Assembly: GCA_965225945.1 (NCBI GenBank)
Contig: CBDDBZ010000028.1
Location: forward strand, 32,001 to 96,000
Length of the DNA stretch: 64,000 nt
Source: Alphaproteobacteria bacterium
GTDB lineage: Bacteria > Pseudomonadota > Alphaproteobacteria > GCA-2731375
Direction of reading: 5' to 3'
A program made the position numbers and the translations under genes. Positions 1-10,271 of the stretch are shown here, piece after piece. The notes beneath the pieces are model-generated. The model searched no databases and had not been told where the DNA came from. It worked only from the letters and a program-made list of their open reading frames with translations. Each line of letters begins with the position of its first letter. Position 1 is the stretch's first letter.

Positions 1-678
1 GTGGCGCTCCTCCCGCCGGCGCGAGACCTCGAGCCGGCCTCGCAGCCCCGAGCGGACCGACAGCAATCGCTCCAGTTCAAGGCGCCGGACCTGCAGCGCG
101 CGTTTGCCCTCGGTGCGTCGCCGGCCCTCTGTTTCGACCTCCCGGCGAAGCGCGGCGAGCGCGGCGAGATCGGCTCGGATTTCCCGCGCCTCGTCCTCCA
201 GGCGCTCGACCAGCATGCTCATCAGGCGAGCGCCCCGGTAGGTGTCGACGGGGGAGCCGGCGCTCGCCAGGATACTGATGGCGCTGCGGCGCGACAGCCG
301 GCTGAGGCTCGCGAGCGTGATCGAAGTCTCCTCGCGCCGGCCCTCCAGGGCCTGTTGCTTGTGGGTGGTGGCGACGGCGAGTTCCGCCAACCGCTCGTCG
401 GCCTTCTCGATCGAGGCCTGGGAGGCATCGATCCTCGGCATCAGCCCGATCAGTCGGGCGCGGACCGCCTCCAGCTCCCGGTTCAGACGGTCCGCCCGCA
501 GGGTGAGTTCGCGGGCGTTGCCGCGGTGGCGCTCGAGCGCGCCCTCGACGCTCTCGAGCGAGCGCCGGGCCCCGCCGTCGATGCTCTGCGTGGCCGCTAC
601 TGTCCCGGACGCCAGCAGCACCGTTCCGGCGATGAGCGCGCCCAAGGCGCGCGTGATCGGCTGTTCACACCGTGACAC
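1..678 (-). CDS. Murein hydrolase activator EnvC-like protein, N-terminal part (runs off the window edge)
   Basis: Manual translation from GTG at 678 gives MSRCEQPITRALGALIAGTVLLASGTVAA (signal-like) followed by a long coiled-coil (LESVEGALERHRGNARELTLRADRLNRELEAVRARL). It lies directly downstream of gpmI, the conserved gpmI-envC order. The M23 domain is not visible in the window. Confidence 0.65.
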   Translation of the reverse strand, partial: MSRCEQPITRALGALIAGTVLLASGTVAATQSIDGGARRSLESVEGALERHRGNARELTLRADRLNRELEAVRARLIGLMPRIDASQASIEKADERLAELAVATTHKQQALEGRREETSITLASLSRLSRRSAISILASAGSPVDTYRGARLMSMLVERLEDEAREIRADLAALAALRREVETEGRRRTEGKRALQVRRLELERLLSVRSGLRGRLEVSRRREERH

Positions 679-2242
679 GGGTCTCCGCCGCCTGTTCGCT
701 CGAGCGGGCCGACATGATCAGCGAGCGGCCGGTCATTACCTTCGGCGGCTCGAGATTCAAGAGTTCGAGCACGGTGGGCGCCACGTCCGCCAGCCGCCCG
801 TCGGCGAGCGCGATGGCGCCGGGCGGGTTGACCAGCAGCAGCGGGACCGGATTGGTGGTGTGCGCGGTATGGGCCTGGCCGGTTTCGGTGTCGCGCATCA
901 TCTCGACGTTGCCGTGATCGGCGGTGACCAGCATCGTGCCGCCGACCTCGACCAGTGCCGTCTCGAGCCGGCCGAGGCAGGTGTCGACCGTTTCCACCGC
1001 CCGGCGCGCAGCAGCGAGATCGCCGGTATGGCCGACCATGTCCGGGTTGGCGTAGTTCACCACCACCAGGTCGAAGCCGCCCTCCCGGATCGCCCCGACC
1101 AGGCGATCCGTCAGCTCCGGCGCCGACATCTCGGGCTGGAGGTCGTAGGTCGCGACCCGGGGGGAGGGGATCAGGATCCGCTCCTCGCCTTCGAACACCC
1201 GCTCGGAGCCGCCGTTCAGGAAGAAGGTGACGTGGGCGTATTTTTCCGTCTCGGCGATCCGGAGCTGGCGCAGGCCGGCGGCCGAGACGATTTCCGGCAG
1301 CGTGTCGCCCGGTTGTTCCGGCGCGAACAATGTTTCGAGCCGGCGATCCAGCGCCTCGGAATAGGACACCATGCCGAGCGCGGCGGCGAAATCGACGCGG
1401 CGCGGGCGCGCGAAGCCGTCGAAGTCGGGGTCCAGGAGCGCGTTCAGGATCTCCCGCGCCCGGTCGGCCCGGAAGTTGGCCATCACCAGGCCGTCGCCGT
1501 CGGCCATGCCGGCGTAGTCGCCGATCGCCGTCGGCGTTACGAATTCGTCCGTTTCCGCGCGGGCATGGGCCTGGTGAATCGCGGCCGTCGCGTCGGCCGC
1601 CTGTCCGCCCTCGCCCGCGACGAGCAGGCCGTAAGCCCGGACCACCCGATCCCAGCGCTGGTCCCGGTCCATGGCGAAATTGCGCCCGGTGAGCGTAGCC
1701 ACCCGGACGTCGTCGAGACCGGCGATAGCATCGAGGAAGGCCGCCATCTCGTCGCCGGCGCTCTTCGGCGGGGTGTCGCGGCCGTCGAGGAAGGCGTGGA
1801 TGCGCACCGCGATGCCCTCGCCCGCGAGCGCCCGGGCCAGCGCCAGGATATGGTCCCGGTGCGCATGCACGCCGCCCGACGACAGCAGGCCCAGCAAATG
1901 GCAAGTCCCGCCGCTCGCCTTCAGCGCCGCGACGAAGGCCTCGAAGGCGGGAAGTGCCGCAAGCCCGCCGGCGGCGAGCGCGGCATCGATCCGGGGCAGG
2001 TCCTGCATCACGATCCGCCCGGCGCCGAGGTTCTGATGGCCGACCTCGGAATTCCCCATCTGACCCGGGGGCAGCCCGACGTCGTCGCCCGAGGTTCGCA
2101 GCAGGGCGCGCGGCGCCGTGGCCCAGAGCCGATCGAACACCGGCGTCGATGCCTGGCGGATGGCGTTGTCCTCGCGTTGTTCGCGATGGCCCCACCCGTC
2201 CAGAATGCAGAGGACCACGGGTTTGGGCTTGGCTTCGCTCAT
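665..2242 (-). CDS. gpmI: 2,3-bisphosphoglycerate-independent phosphoglycerate mutase
   Basis: KPVVLCILDGWG, GQMGNSEVGH, DGRDTPP, AETEKYAHVTFF, NPDMVGHTG, TADHGN motifs; start taken at MSEAKPKP. Confidence 0.97.
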   Translation of the reverse strand: MSEAKPKPVVLCILDGWGHREQREDNAIRQASTPVFDRLWATAPRALLRTSGDDVGLPPGQMGNSEVGHQNLGAGRIVMQDLPRIDAALAAGGLAALPAFEAFVAALKASGGTCHLLGLLSSGGVHAHRDHILALARALAGEGIAVRIHAFLDGRDTPPKSAGDEMAAFLDAIAGLDDVRVATLTGRNFAMDRDQRWDRVVRAYGLLVAGEGGQAADATAAIHQAHARAETDEFVTPTAIGDYAGMADGDGLVMANFRADRAREILNALLDPDFDGFARPRRVDFAAALGMVSYSEALDRRLETLFAPEQPGDTLPEIVSAAGLRQLRIAETEKYAHVTFFLNGGSERVFEGEERILIPSPRVATYDLQPEMSAPELTDRLVGAIREGGFDLVVVNYANPDMVGHTGDLAAARRAVETVDTCLGRLETALVEVGGTMLVTADHGNVEMMRDTETGQAHTAHTTNPVPLLLVNPPGAIALADGRLADVAPTVLELLNLEPPKVMTGRSLIMSARSSEQAAETRVTV

Positions 2243-2488
2243 GGGCTCCGGCTCTAAATTCGCCACGCCGGGCGGCGACAAAAAGCCGCGCGAACCCGGG
2301 CGTCGAGGCGCGAATCGTTGGGAAGCGAAGATACCCATCGGCCCCGACCAAGTCATCCGTTATCTGCCCCGGTTATCCGCCCCCGGCGGCCCCACCGGAG
2401 ATCGTTTCGCCATGCCTGGACCCGGGCGCGCGGAGCGGGCATGTTCTCCCTCCCCCCTCGCGTCCCCGCCCGACGGAGCCGACCGGCC

Positions 2489-3697
2489 ATGACCGCCACA
2501 GCCCCCGCCGCGCTCGACGGCATCCGCATCCTCGACCTGACGCGCGTCATCGCCGGGCCGTTCTGCACCATGCAGTTGGCCGACTTGGGGGCCGAGGTGA
2601 TCAAGATCGAACACCCGACGCGGGGCGACGATAGCCGCGCCATGTCGCCGCCCGAGACCGGCGGCGAGAGCCACTTCTACCTCGCCTACAACCGCAACAA
2701 GCAGAGCCTCGCCCTCGACCTGGCGAGGCAACGGGGCAAGCGGATCATCCACGAGCTGGCCGTCCGCGCCGACGTGCTGATCGAGAACTTCCGGCCCGGC
2801 GTGATGGCCCGCCTCGGCCTCGACTACGAGACCATGGCGGAACGCAATCGCGGGCTCGTCTACTGCTCGGTCTCCGGCTACGGCCAAGCGGGGCCGATGG
2901 CCGACCGGCCGGGTCTCGATCCCGTCCTGCAGGCCGAAAGTGGGATGATGTCGATCACCGGCGAGCCCGACGGCAATCCCATGCGCCATCCCCTCTCGAT
3001 CATCGACGTCACCGCGGCCTTCTACGCCACCACGGCGATCCTGAGCGCGCTGATCGCCCGCGGGCGGACCGGGCGCGGCCAGCATATCGACGTCTCGCTG
3101 TTCGATGCCTCGGTGGCGCTCCTGGGCAACGCCGGGCAGTACTATCTGACCTCGGGCGAGGACCCGGCGCGGCACGGCAACGCGCATTCGGCGGCGATGC
3201 CGGTCGGCCTCTTCCACACGAGCACCGATCCGCTCTATCTCGCTCTCGGCAACGACCGGCTCTACGCCACGTTTTGCCGCGAGATGATCAAGCGGCCGGA
3301 GCTGGTGGAGGACCCCCGCTTCGCCACCAACGCCGAGCGCAACGCCAACCGGGCGCTGCTGGTGGGGATCGTGGAGGAGATCTTCGCCACCCGCCCGCTC
3401 GACGAGTGGCTGGCGCGGGCGCGCAAGGCCGGCCTGCCGGCGGGCGCGGTCCGCCGGATCTCGGCCGCGCTGGAGAGTCCGGAGGTGGCGGCCAGCGAGA
3501 TGGTGCGCGAGGTCGCGCATCCGACCGCCGGCCGGCTCCGCCTGCTAGGGACGCCGATAAAGCTCTCCGACACGCCCGCCCGGGCACCGGCGCCGCCGCC
3601 ACTTCTGGGCCAGCACAGTGACCAGGTGTTGCGCGAGATCCTGCGATACGACGAGGATACGATCCGAGAGCTCAGGGCGGACGGCGTCGTCGCCTGA
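2489..3697 (+). CDS. Family III CoA-transferase (CaiB/BaiF)
   Basis: LDGIRILDLTRVIAGPFCTMQLADLGAEVIKIE, NRNKQSLALDL, ENFRPG, PPLLGQHS. Confidence 0.92.
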   Translation: MTATAPAALDGIRILDLTRVIAGPFCTMQLADLGAEVIKIEHPTRGDDSRAMSPPETGGESHFYLAYNRNKQSLALDLARQRGKRIIHELAVRADVLIENFRPGVMARLGLDYETMAERNRGLVYCSVSGYGQAGPMADRPGLDPVLQAESGMMSITGEPDGNPMRHPLSIIDVTAAFYATTAILSALIARGRTGRGQHIDVSLFDASVALLGNAGQYYLTSGEDPARHGNAHSAAMPVGLFHTSTDPLYLALGNDRLYATFCREMIKRPELVEDPRFATNAERNANRALLVGIVEEIFATRPLDEWLARARKAGLPAGAVRRISAALESPEVAASEMVREVAHPTAGRLRLLGTPIKLSDTPARAPAPPPLLGQHSDQVLREILRYDEDTIRELRADGVVA

Positions 3698-3720
3698 GCC
3701 GCGGGGGAGGGACGGCCGAG

Positions 3721-4506
3721 ATGGCGGAACGGGTATCCTACGAGGTCGTCGAGGAGATCGCGCGCATCCGCCTCGAGCGGCCGGAGAAGCTCAACGCGCT
3801 CGATGGTGCGATGTGGCGCGACTTGCTGGCGGCGGTCGGGCGACTGAAGTCGGACTCAGGCGTCCGCGTGGCGCTGCTATGCGCCTCGGGCCGTGCCTTC
3901 TCGGCCGGCGCCGACTTGAACGAGACCGCGTGGCGCGACGAGACCCAGGCCCAGACCCGCCGGCGGATCGAGCGCAACCAGCAGGACCTGGCCCGCGAGA
4001 TGGTCCGCGCGCCGGTGCCGATCGTCGCGGCGGTCAACGGTTATGCCTTGGGCGGCGGGGTGGAGATCGCGCTCGCCGCCGACCTGCGGATCGCCGGCGA
4101 CGATGCCGTCTTCGGCTTTCCCGAGACCGGAATCGGCCGCTTCGTCACCGGGGCCGCCAGCTTGCTGCTGCCGCGCGCCGTCGGCCTCGCCTGGGCCAAG
4201 CGGATGATCCTGACGGGGGAGCGGATCGGGGCCGATCGCGCGCTCGCCATCGGCCTGGTGGAAGAGGTCGTGCCGGCAATAGAGCTGGAGACGCGCGCCA
4301 TGGCGCTCTGCCGCGCCATCGCCCGGAACGCGCCGCTTTCGGTCCAGCTCGCCAAGCGCTCGCTCAACTGGGTCAACTTGGGCGAGCTGGAGACGGCGCT
4401 GGCGCTGGAGACCGACGGGCTGATGCAGACTTACGCCACCGACGACAACGAGGCCGGCGTCGCCGCCTTCGCGGGCCGCGAGCGATCCGAATTCAAGGGC
4501 GGCTGA
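3721..4506 (+). CDS. Enoyl-CoA hydratase/isomerase (crotonase) family protein
   Basis: RPEKLNAL, AFSAGADL, AAVNGYALGGGVEIALAADLR, FGFPE. Confidence 0.92.
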   Translation: MAERVSYEVVEEIARIRLERPEKLNALDGAMWRDLLAAVGRLKSDSGVRVALLCASGRAFSAGADLNETAWRDETQAQTRRRIERNQQDLAREMVRAPVPIVAAVNGYALGGGVEIALAADLRIAGDDAVFGFPETGIGRFVTGAASLLLPRAVGLAWAKRMILTGERIGADRALAIGLVEEVVPAIELETRAMALCRAIARNAPLSVQLAKRSLNWVNLGELETALALETDGLMQTYATDDNEAGVAAFAGRERSEFKGG

Positions 4507-4518
4507 GGGAGAAACGCG

Positions 4519-5316
4519 ATGTCGACACCCCTATACGAGGCCTACGCGATCAAATACGGCGAGCGGGTTGGCAACCGCGGCACCATCTTCGTGCACGGCG
4601 ATCCGCACGACGCGCCGCAGGCGATGGACTATTTCGTCTGGGCCCTTCGCTCGCCCGAGCGCACCATCGTCGTCGATGTCGGCTATGGGCGCGAGGAGGG
4701 GGAGGGGAGGGGCCGTACCTTCCTTCGTTGTCCGACCGAGGGCTTGGCGCTGCTCGGGATCGAGGCGGCCGAGGTCGAGGATGTCGTTATCACCCACATG
4801 CACTACGACCACGCCGGCAACCTGGAGCTCTTCCCCAATGCCCGCTTCCACGTCCAGGACAGCGAGCTCGCCTACGTCACCGGCCGGGCGATGAGCCACA
4901 CGGCGTTGCGCCATTCCTTCCGCCTCGACGACGTGTTGGAGATGATCCGCATGATCTATGGCGACCGCGTCGTGTTCCACGCCGGCGACGAGGAACTGGC
5001 GCCGGGGATCACGCTGCATCACATGCCGGGGCACACCCACGGCATGCAGTCGGTGATGGTGGAGACGGCCAGGGGCCGCGTCATGCTCGCCTCCGACGCG
5101 GCGCATTATTACGAGAGCCTGACCGACGGCACGCCGTTCCTGACCCATGTGGACATGTTCGATATGCTGGAGGGCTTCCGCCGCCTGGTCAGCCTGGCGC
5201 CGACGCCCGAGCACGTCGTGCCGGGCCACGACCCCCAAGTGATGCAACGCTACCCGGCGCCGGCGCCGGCGCTCGACGGCATCGTCGTCCGCCTCGACGT
5301 CGCGCCCTCGCAATAG
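4519..5316 (+). CDS. Metallo-beta-lactamase-fold hydrolase, N-acyl-homoserine-lactonase-like family
   Basis: THMHYDHAGN (HxHxDH), GHTHG, LASDAAH, VVPGHD. Confidence 0.88.
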   Translation: MSTPLYEAYAIKYGERVGNRGTIFVHGDPHDAPQAMDYFVWALRSPERTIVVDVGYGREEGEGRGRTFLRCPTEGLALLGIEAAEVEDVVITHMHYDHAGNLELFPNARFHVQDSELAYVTGRAMSHTALRHSFRLDDVLEMIRMIYGDRVVFHAGDEELAPGITLHHMPGHTHGMQSVMVETARGRVMLASDAAHYYESLTDGTPFLTHVDMFDMLEGFRRLVSLAPTPEHVVPGHDPQVMQRYPAPAPALDGIVVRLDVAPSQ

Positions 5317-5331
5317 GGAAGGGAGACAGCG

Positions 5332-6255
5332 ATGAAAGTCGGCTTTATCGGCCTCGGCACCATGGGCGCCCCCATCGCCCTCAACGCGCTTCGCGGCGGC
5401 AACGAGCTGATCGTCCACGATCTCCGCGACGAGGCGGCGGGCCCGCATATCAATGCCGGCGCCACCTGGGCGGAAAGCCCCGCGGCCGTGGCCGAGGCGG
5501 CCGACGTGGTCTTCACCTCGCTCCCCGGCCCGGCGGAAGTGGAGGCGGTGGCCAGCGGCGCGGGCGGCCTGAGGGAGGGCGCGAGCGCCGGCCAGGCCTA
5601 TTTCGATCTCTCGACCAACTCACCGACGGTGATGCGCTCGCTGGCAAGAGCCTTCGCCGAGTTGGGGGTCGAGGTCCTGGACGCGCCGGTGAGCGGCGGG
5701 CCCGAGGGTGCGCGCAGCGGCCAGCTCGCGATCTGGGTCGGCGGCGACAGGGCGACCTACGAGCGCTTCCTCCCGGTGCTGAGGAGCATGGGCGATCAGC
5801 CGTATTACGTCGGCCCCATCGGCGCGGGCTCGGTCGCCAAGCTGGTGCATAATCTGAGCGGTTACATGATCCAGACCGCGCTCGCCGAGGCTTTTACCAT
5901 GGGGGTCAAGGCGGGCGTCGACGCGGAGGGGCTGTGGCGCGCGGTCAGGCAGGGGGCGCTCGGCCGGCGGCGAACCTTCGACGCGATGTCCCGGCAGTAT
6001 CTCCAGGGCCGCTTCGACCCGCCCGATTTCGCGCTTCGCTTGGCGCGCAAGGACGTGGGCCTCGCGGTCGATCTCGGCCGCGAGTTCGAGGTGCCGATGC
6101 GGCTGGCCAATTTGACCCTGCAGGAGATGACCGAGGCGATGAACCGCGGCTGGGAGGGGCGCGATTCCCGCACCGCCATGCTGCTGCAGGAGGAGCGCGC
6201 GGGCGTCGAGGTCCGCGTCGACGCGAAACGGATCGGCGAGATCCTGGAGGAATGA
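5332..6255 (+). CDS. NAD(P)-dependent beta-hydroxyacid dehydrogenase (3-hydroxyisobutyrate dehydrogenase family)
   Basis: [30 protein letters not shown]. Confidence 0.9.
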   Translation: MKVGFIGLGTMGAPIALNALRGGNELIVHDLRDEAAGPHINAGATWAESPAAVAEAADVVFTSLPGPAEVEAVASGAGGLREGASAGQAYFDLSTNSPTVMRSLARAFAELGVEVLDAPVSGGPEGARSGQLAIWVGGDRATYERFLPVLRSMGDQPYYVGPIGAGSVAKLVHNLSGYMIQTALAEAFTMGVKAGVDAEGLWRAVRQGALGRRRTFDAMSRQYLQGRFDPPDFALRLARKDVGLAVDLGREFEVPMRLANLTLQEMTEAMNRGWEGRDSRTAMLLQEERAGVEVRVDAKRIGEILEE

Positions 6256-6301
6256 CGGCGGGCGCTTTTCGCGCGCCCATATCCACGGAGAAGGAAACAC
6301 C

Positions 6302-6610
6302 ATGGCCACGACGAAACCCGTCTACGAACTGATCCCCCAACTCGGCAAGCTGCGCGACGAGGTGCTGTTCGGCGACGTTTGGGAGCAGCCGGAGCTGACC
6401 CCGCGCGACCGCAGCCTGGTCACCTGCGCGGTGCTGACCGCGCTCTACCGCACCGACGAGCTGAAGGGCCACATGCAGCGCGCGCTGGATAACGGGGTCA
6501 CGCACGACGAGATCAGGGGCATGATCACCCACATCGCCTTCTATGCCGGCTGGCCGACGGCGGTGAACGCCGGGCGCGTCGCCCAGGGGATCTTCAACGA
6601 CGACGACTGA
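6302..6610 (+). CDS. Carboxymuconolactone decarboxylase (CMD) family protein
   Basis: VLFGDVW..PEL.PRDRSLVT, HMQRALDNGVT, HIAFYAGWP. Confidence 0.88.
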   Translation: MATTKPVYELIPQLGKLRDEVLFGDVWEQPELTPRDRSLVTCAVLTALYRTDELKGHMQRALDNGVTHDEIRGMITHIAFYAGWPTAVNAGRVAQGIFNDDD

Positions 6611-6632
6611 CGCGCCGGCCGGGAGCGGTCGG

Positions 6633-7577
6633 TTGCGCGGCGAATTCGTTTTCGAGGCGGAGGCGATCGCGCTCCCTGGGGGTGCCTTCGCGGGCGGCCA
6701 TCGGCGCCTACTGACCTGGCGGGGGCGGGTGCTGCTCGGCCTGACCCAGGGGCCGTTCCGCCCCTACCTGTTCCCGGTGGCGAGTCCGGCCGGCCATCTG
6801 GTGGTGGCGGAGCGGCCGCCCGACCACCCGCACCATTCGGGCCTCTGGATCGCCGCCGACCACGTCTCGGCCCATCTACCGGCGGGCGCGGCGGGCCAAG
6901 AGATCTACAGTTACAATTTTTACGTCGATCACGTCTTCCAGGGCCGCGCGCCGGGGCGGATCGTGGCCCGGGAGACGACGGGGGAGGCGGCGGGGGAGGC
7001 GGCGGAGGCGGCAGGGAAATCGGGGGCGGCGGAGCGCTTCCGGATCACGCAATCGATGGATTGGATCGGTCCCCCGGAATGGGGCGCGCCGGAGGGCCGG
7101 CTGGTGGCGCGCGAGAGCCGGGTTCACGATATTCGCCCGGGCGATCGATATCACCTGATCGACGTCGTCTCGACGTTTCAGCCGGCTCAATGGCCCTTGA
7201 CCCTCGGGCCGACGCGCCATGCCTATTTCAACGCCCGCGCGGCCGAGTCGATGCGGCTCGACCGGGGCGGCGCCATGCGCGACGCGGCGGGGCGCGAGGG
7301 CGGCGAGGCGATTACCGAGGCGAGCGCCGCCCGCTGGGTCCGGGTCGAGGGTCCGCTGGGGGCCGGGGCGCGGGCAGGTCTGGCGCTGATCCCCGGTGCC
7401 GGGACCGAGACCGACTGGTTCGCCGCCGACTGGGGCGTCGTCACCGCGCAGCCCTGGCGCTCGCGCTCGCGCCACCTCCCCCTCGGCGACTGTCTGGTGC
7501 AACGCGCCCGCTACGTCGTCCACGACGGCGACGGCGCCGACATCGATTTCACCGCGCTGGCCGAGGACTTCGGCTAG
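6633..7577 (+). CDS. DUF6807 / 'PmoA-like' (PF14100-type) hypothetical protein
   Basis: RPYLFPV...P.DHPHHSGLW signature; TTG start; not a true methane monooxygenase subunit. Confidence 0.65.
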   Translation: MRGEFVFEAEAIALPGGAFAGGHRRLLTWRGRVLLGLTQGPFRPYLFPVASPAGHLVVAERPPDHPHHSGLWIAADHVSAHLPAGAAGQEIYSYNFYVDHVFQGRAPGRIVARETTGEAAGEAAEAAGKSGAAERFRITQSMDWIGPPEWGAPEGRLVARESRVHDIRPGDRYHLIDVVSTFQPAQWPLTLGPTRHAYFNARAAESMRLDRGGAMRDAAGREGGEAITEASAARWVRVEGPLGAGARAGLALIPGAGTETDWFAADWGVVTAQPWRSRSRHLPLGDCLVQRARYVVHDGDGADIDFTALAEDFG

Positions 7578-7672
7578 CACCACGTCTCGCGAAGATGTGA
7601 GCGAGGAGGGGCCGCGCGCGGGTCTCGCGGCTTCTATAGTGCAGGTGGGGTCGCACGACAGGGAGGGCCGGC

Positions 7673-8418
7673 ATGCGCGTGGTCCGGTATCTTCTGATCG
7701 CCGCCGTCTTCGCCACCACGGCACCTCAGGCGGGGGCGGATCCGCTCCAGGCCGAGTTCACGGCGCGGATCGAGGCGGCGCTGGCGCACCCCGGCGAGGC
7801 GGCGCGAGGCGAGGCGGTGGCGAGGCTCTTCCACCACGATCCGGCCGACGCCGGCTGGGCGGTCGAGTTGATCCCGCGGGTGATCCGCCACATCGTCCGG
7901 CTCGCGGACCGGCGGATCTCCTTCGCCCCGCTCTCGCCCGAGACGGAGCTGGTGCATATCGTCGACGGCTACGAATATCGCCCCAACCTGGAACCGCTCG
8001 GCCAGGTGGTGTTCAGCAATCCCGCGCGCCCCGGCAACGACACCAAGGTGCTCTACGGCCGCCACCCGAGGGAGGCGCGGCTCTACTTCCCGCTGACGAC
8101 CCGGCGCTGGTGAACCCCTATGCACCCCCCGACAAGCAGCTCCAGATCCTCACCATCGGCATGGCCCATCCGCCGCTCACCTTCGAAGGCTGGTGTGACA
8201 TCCGCCTCTCCGACAATTCGATCAAGCGTCTCACGCTGCACGACCAGGGCGTCGGCAACCAGACGCTCATCCTGCGCGGTCAAGAGATCCAGGGCTGCGA
8301 GGTTCGCAACACCGCCGGCCTGGGTGCCTTGAGCCTCCGCCTCTACGAGGACGACGACGAGATCTTCCTGAAACACATCGAGGCGCCGGAGACGACGATC
8401 GTCTATCGGGGACGCTGA
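7673..8418 (+). CDS. Secreted hypothetical protein split by one frameshift near 8108
   Basis: Signal peptide MRVVRYLLIAAVFATTAPQAGA. Frame 1 stops at 8113, while another frame continues LVNPYAPPDKQLQILTIG...IVYRGR to 8418 with coding-like codon usage. Confidence 0.55.
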
Positions 8419-8524
8419 GCACCGCGCGACGAGCGCCGGCGGTCAAGACGATTCGCCAACCGGCGGGGGAGGGTCTAACATCGACGCCGTGATGCTCCGG
8501 TGACCTCCGACGCCATTTGCCGGC

Positions 8525-8564
8525 GGCCGGGAGCAAGGACTAAAGGCCGGGAGCAAGGACTAAA
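8525..8564. repeat. 20-bp perfect tandem duplication upstream of the ABC substrate-binding protein RBS
   Basis: GGCCGGGAGCAAGGACTAAA x2. Confidence 0.9.
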
Positions 8565-8577
8565 GGGGAGAGGCGAA

Positions 8578-10185
8578 ATGCCACGAATTTGGACGGCGAC
8601 GCGACGCACCGCGATCGCTGCGTTGGCGGCGGCACCGCTGGCGCTGGGGCTGGGCTTCGGCTCGGCGGCGGCGGAATCGGTGCTCCGCATCGTGCCGCAC
8701 GCGGATCTGAAGAACCTGGATCCGATCTGGACCACGGCCTACATCACGCGCAATCACGGCTACATGGTCTACGACACGCTGTTTGCGCAGGACGAGAATG
8801 GGAAGATCCAGCCCCAGATGGTGGGCGAGCATTCGGTCAGCGCCGACGGCCTGGTTTACACCTTCACGCTTCGCGACGGCCTGAAGTGGCACGACGGGGA
8901 CCCGGTGAAGGCGGAAGACTGCGTCGCCTCGATCAAGCGTTGGGGCAAGCGCGACGGCATGGGCCAAAAGCTCATGGACTTCACCAAGGAGTTGAAGGTC
9001 GTCGACGACAAGACCTTCACCCTGACCCTGAACGAGCCTTACGGCCTGGTGCTCGCTTCGATCGGCAAGATCAGCTCCAACACCCCCTTCATGATGAAGA
9101 AGGTGCACGCCGACGTAGACGCCTTCGAGGCGGTGCCGGAAGTCATCGGCTCGGGTCCGTTCCGCTTCGTCAAGGACGAGTGGGTGCCGGGCGCCAAGGT
9201 GGTCTACGCCAAGAACACCGACTACAAGCCCCGGGCCGAGCCCGCCTCGGGCGCGGCCGGCGGCAAGGTGGTGCATTTCGACCGGGTCGAGTGGATCTAC
9301 ATCCCCGATCCGGCGACGGCGATGAACGCGCTGATCAACGGCGAGGTCGATCTGTGGGAGACCCCGGCGGTCGACATGGTGCCGTTGCTGGCGAAGGATC
9401 CCAACATCGAGATGGCGGTGATCGATCCGCTCGGCACCCAGGGTTGGCTCCGGCCCAATCACCTGCACCCGCCGTTCAATCATCCGAAGGCGCGCCAGGC
9501 GCTGCTCTACGCGGTGAACCAAGAGGAATACCTGCAGGCGATCGTCGGCGATCCGAAGCTCTACAAGGTGTGCGCGGCCTACTTCATCTGTGGCACGCCG
9601 AACGAGTCGGATGTCGGCACGGAGGCCCTTAAGGCGCACGACAAGGCGATGGCCAGGAAGCTCCTGGCCGAGGCCGGCTACAAGGGCGAGAAGATCATCC
9701 TGATGCAGTCGACCGACATTCCGGTGCTGAACAACGCCGCGCTGGTGACGGCGCAGGTGCTGCGCGAGATCGGCATGGAGGTCGAGGTGCAGGCGATGGA
9801 CTGGTCGACGCTGACCTCGCGGCGGGCCGAGAAGAAGAGCCCGGCCGACGGCGGCTGGAACATCTTCCACACCTACGCCACGGGAGCCGACGCCACCTCG
9901 CCGATCGCCAACATCGGCATCTCCGGTGGTGGAGTCGAGAAGGCTTGGTTCGGCTGGCCGACCGACGAGGTTACCGAGAACCTGCGCGACGATTTCGCTC
10001 GCGAAGCCGATCCGGTGAAAAAGAAGGCGATCATCGACAAGCTGCAGGCGCGGCTGTTCAACCACTTGGTGCCCTACGTCAACTATGGCCAGTGGTTCCA
10101 GCCGGTGGCCTGGCGCAAGGGCCTGGACGGTGTCCTGATCTCGCCGGTGCCGTTCTTCTGGAACATCACCAAGAAGACGGGCTGA
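8578..10185 (+). CDS. ABC transporter substrate-binding protein, family 5 (peptide/opine/nickel)
   Basis: Signal peptide with RR; LDPIWTTAYITRNHGYMVYDTLF, FTLRDGLKWHDG, GSGPF. Confidence 0.93.
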   Translation: MPRIWTATRRTAIAALAAAPLALGLGFGSAAAESVLRIVPHADLKNLDPIWTTAYITRNHGYMVYDTLFAQDENGKIQPQMVGEHSVSADGLVYTFTLRDGLKWHDGDPVKAEDCVASIKRWGKRDGMGQKLMDFTKELKVVDDKTFTLTLNEPYGLVLASIGKISSNTPFMMKKVHADVDAFEAVPEVIGSGPFRFVKDEWVPGAKVVYAKNTDYKPRAEPASGAAGGKVVHFDRVEWIYIPDPATAMNALINGEVDLWETPAVDMVPLLAKDPNIEMAVIDPLGTQGWLRPNHLHPPFNHPKARQALLYAVNQEEYLQAIVGDPKLYKVCAAYFICGTPNESDVGTEALKAHDKAMARKLLAEAGYKGEKIILMQSTDIPVLNNAALVTAQVLREIGMEVEVQAMDWSTLTSRRAEKKSPADGGWNIFHTYATGADATSPIANIGISGGGVEKAWFGWPTDEVTENLRDDFAREADPVKKKAIIDKLQARLFNHLVPYVNYGQWFQPVAWRKGLDGVLISPVPFFWNITKKTG

Positions 10186-10271
10186 GGCGAACGGGCGTCG
10201 GGGGGCGTCGGGGCGGCCTCGGCCGGCTCCGGCGCCCGCCACCCCCGAAATCGACCATTCGGTACAATTGA

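Noticed and set aside
242-2257. Long ORFs antisense to or overlapping real genes (e.g. 242-2257, 24401-26524, 26347-29133, 49477-51162, 53282-55009)
   Set aside because: Shadow ORFs typical of high-GC DNA; the opposite strand carries clear conserved proteins
4519-5316. Beta-lactamase or proven quorum-quenching enzyme
   Set aside because: Only the fold motifs are visible; the context is catabolic and the substrate cannot be inferred
6633-7577. Particulate methane monooxygenase subunit A
   Set aside because: The 'PmoA-like' label of this family is a misnomer; the protein is soluble-looking and there is no pmoB or pmoC
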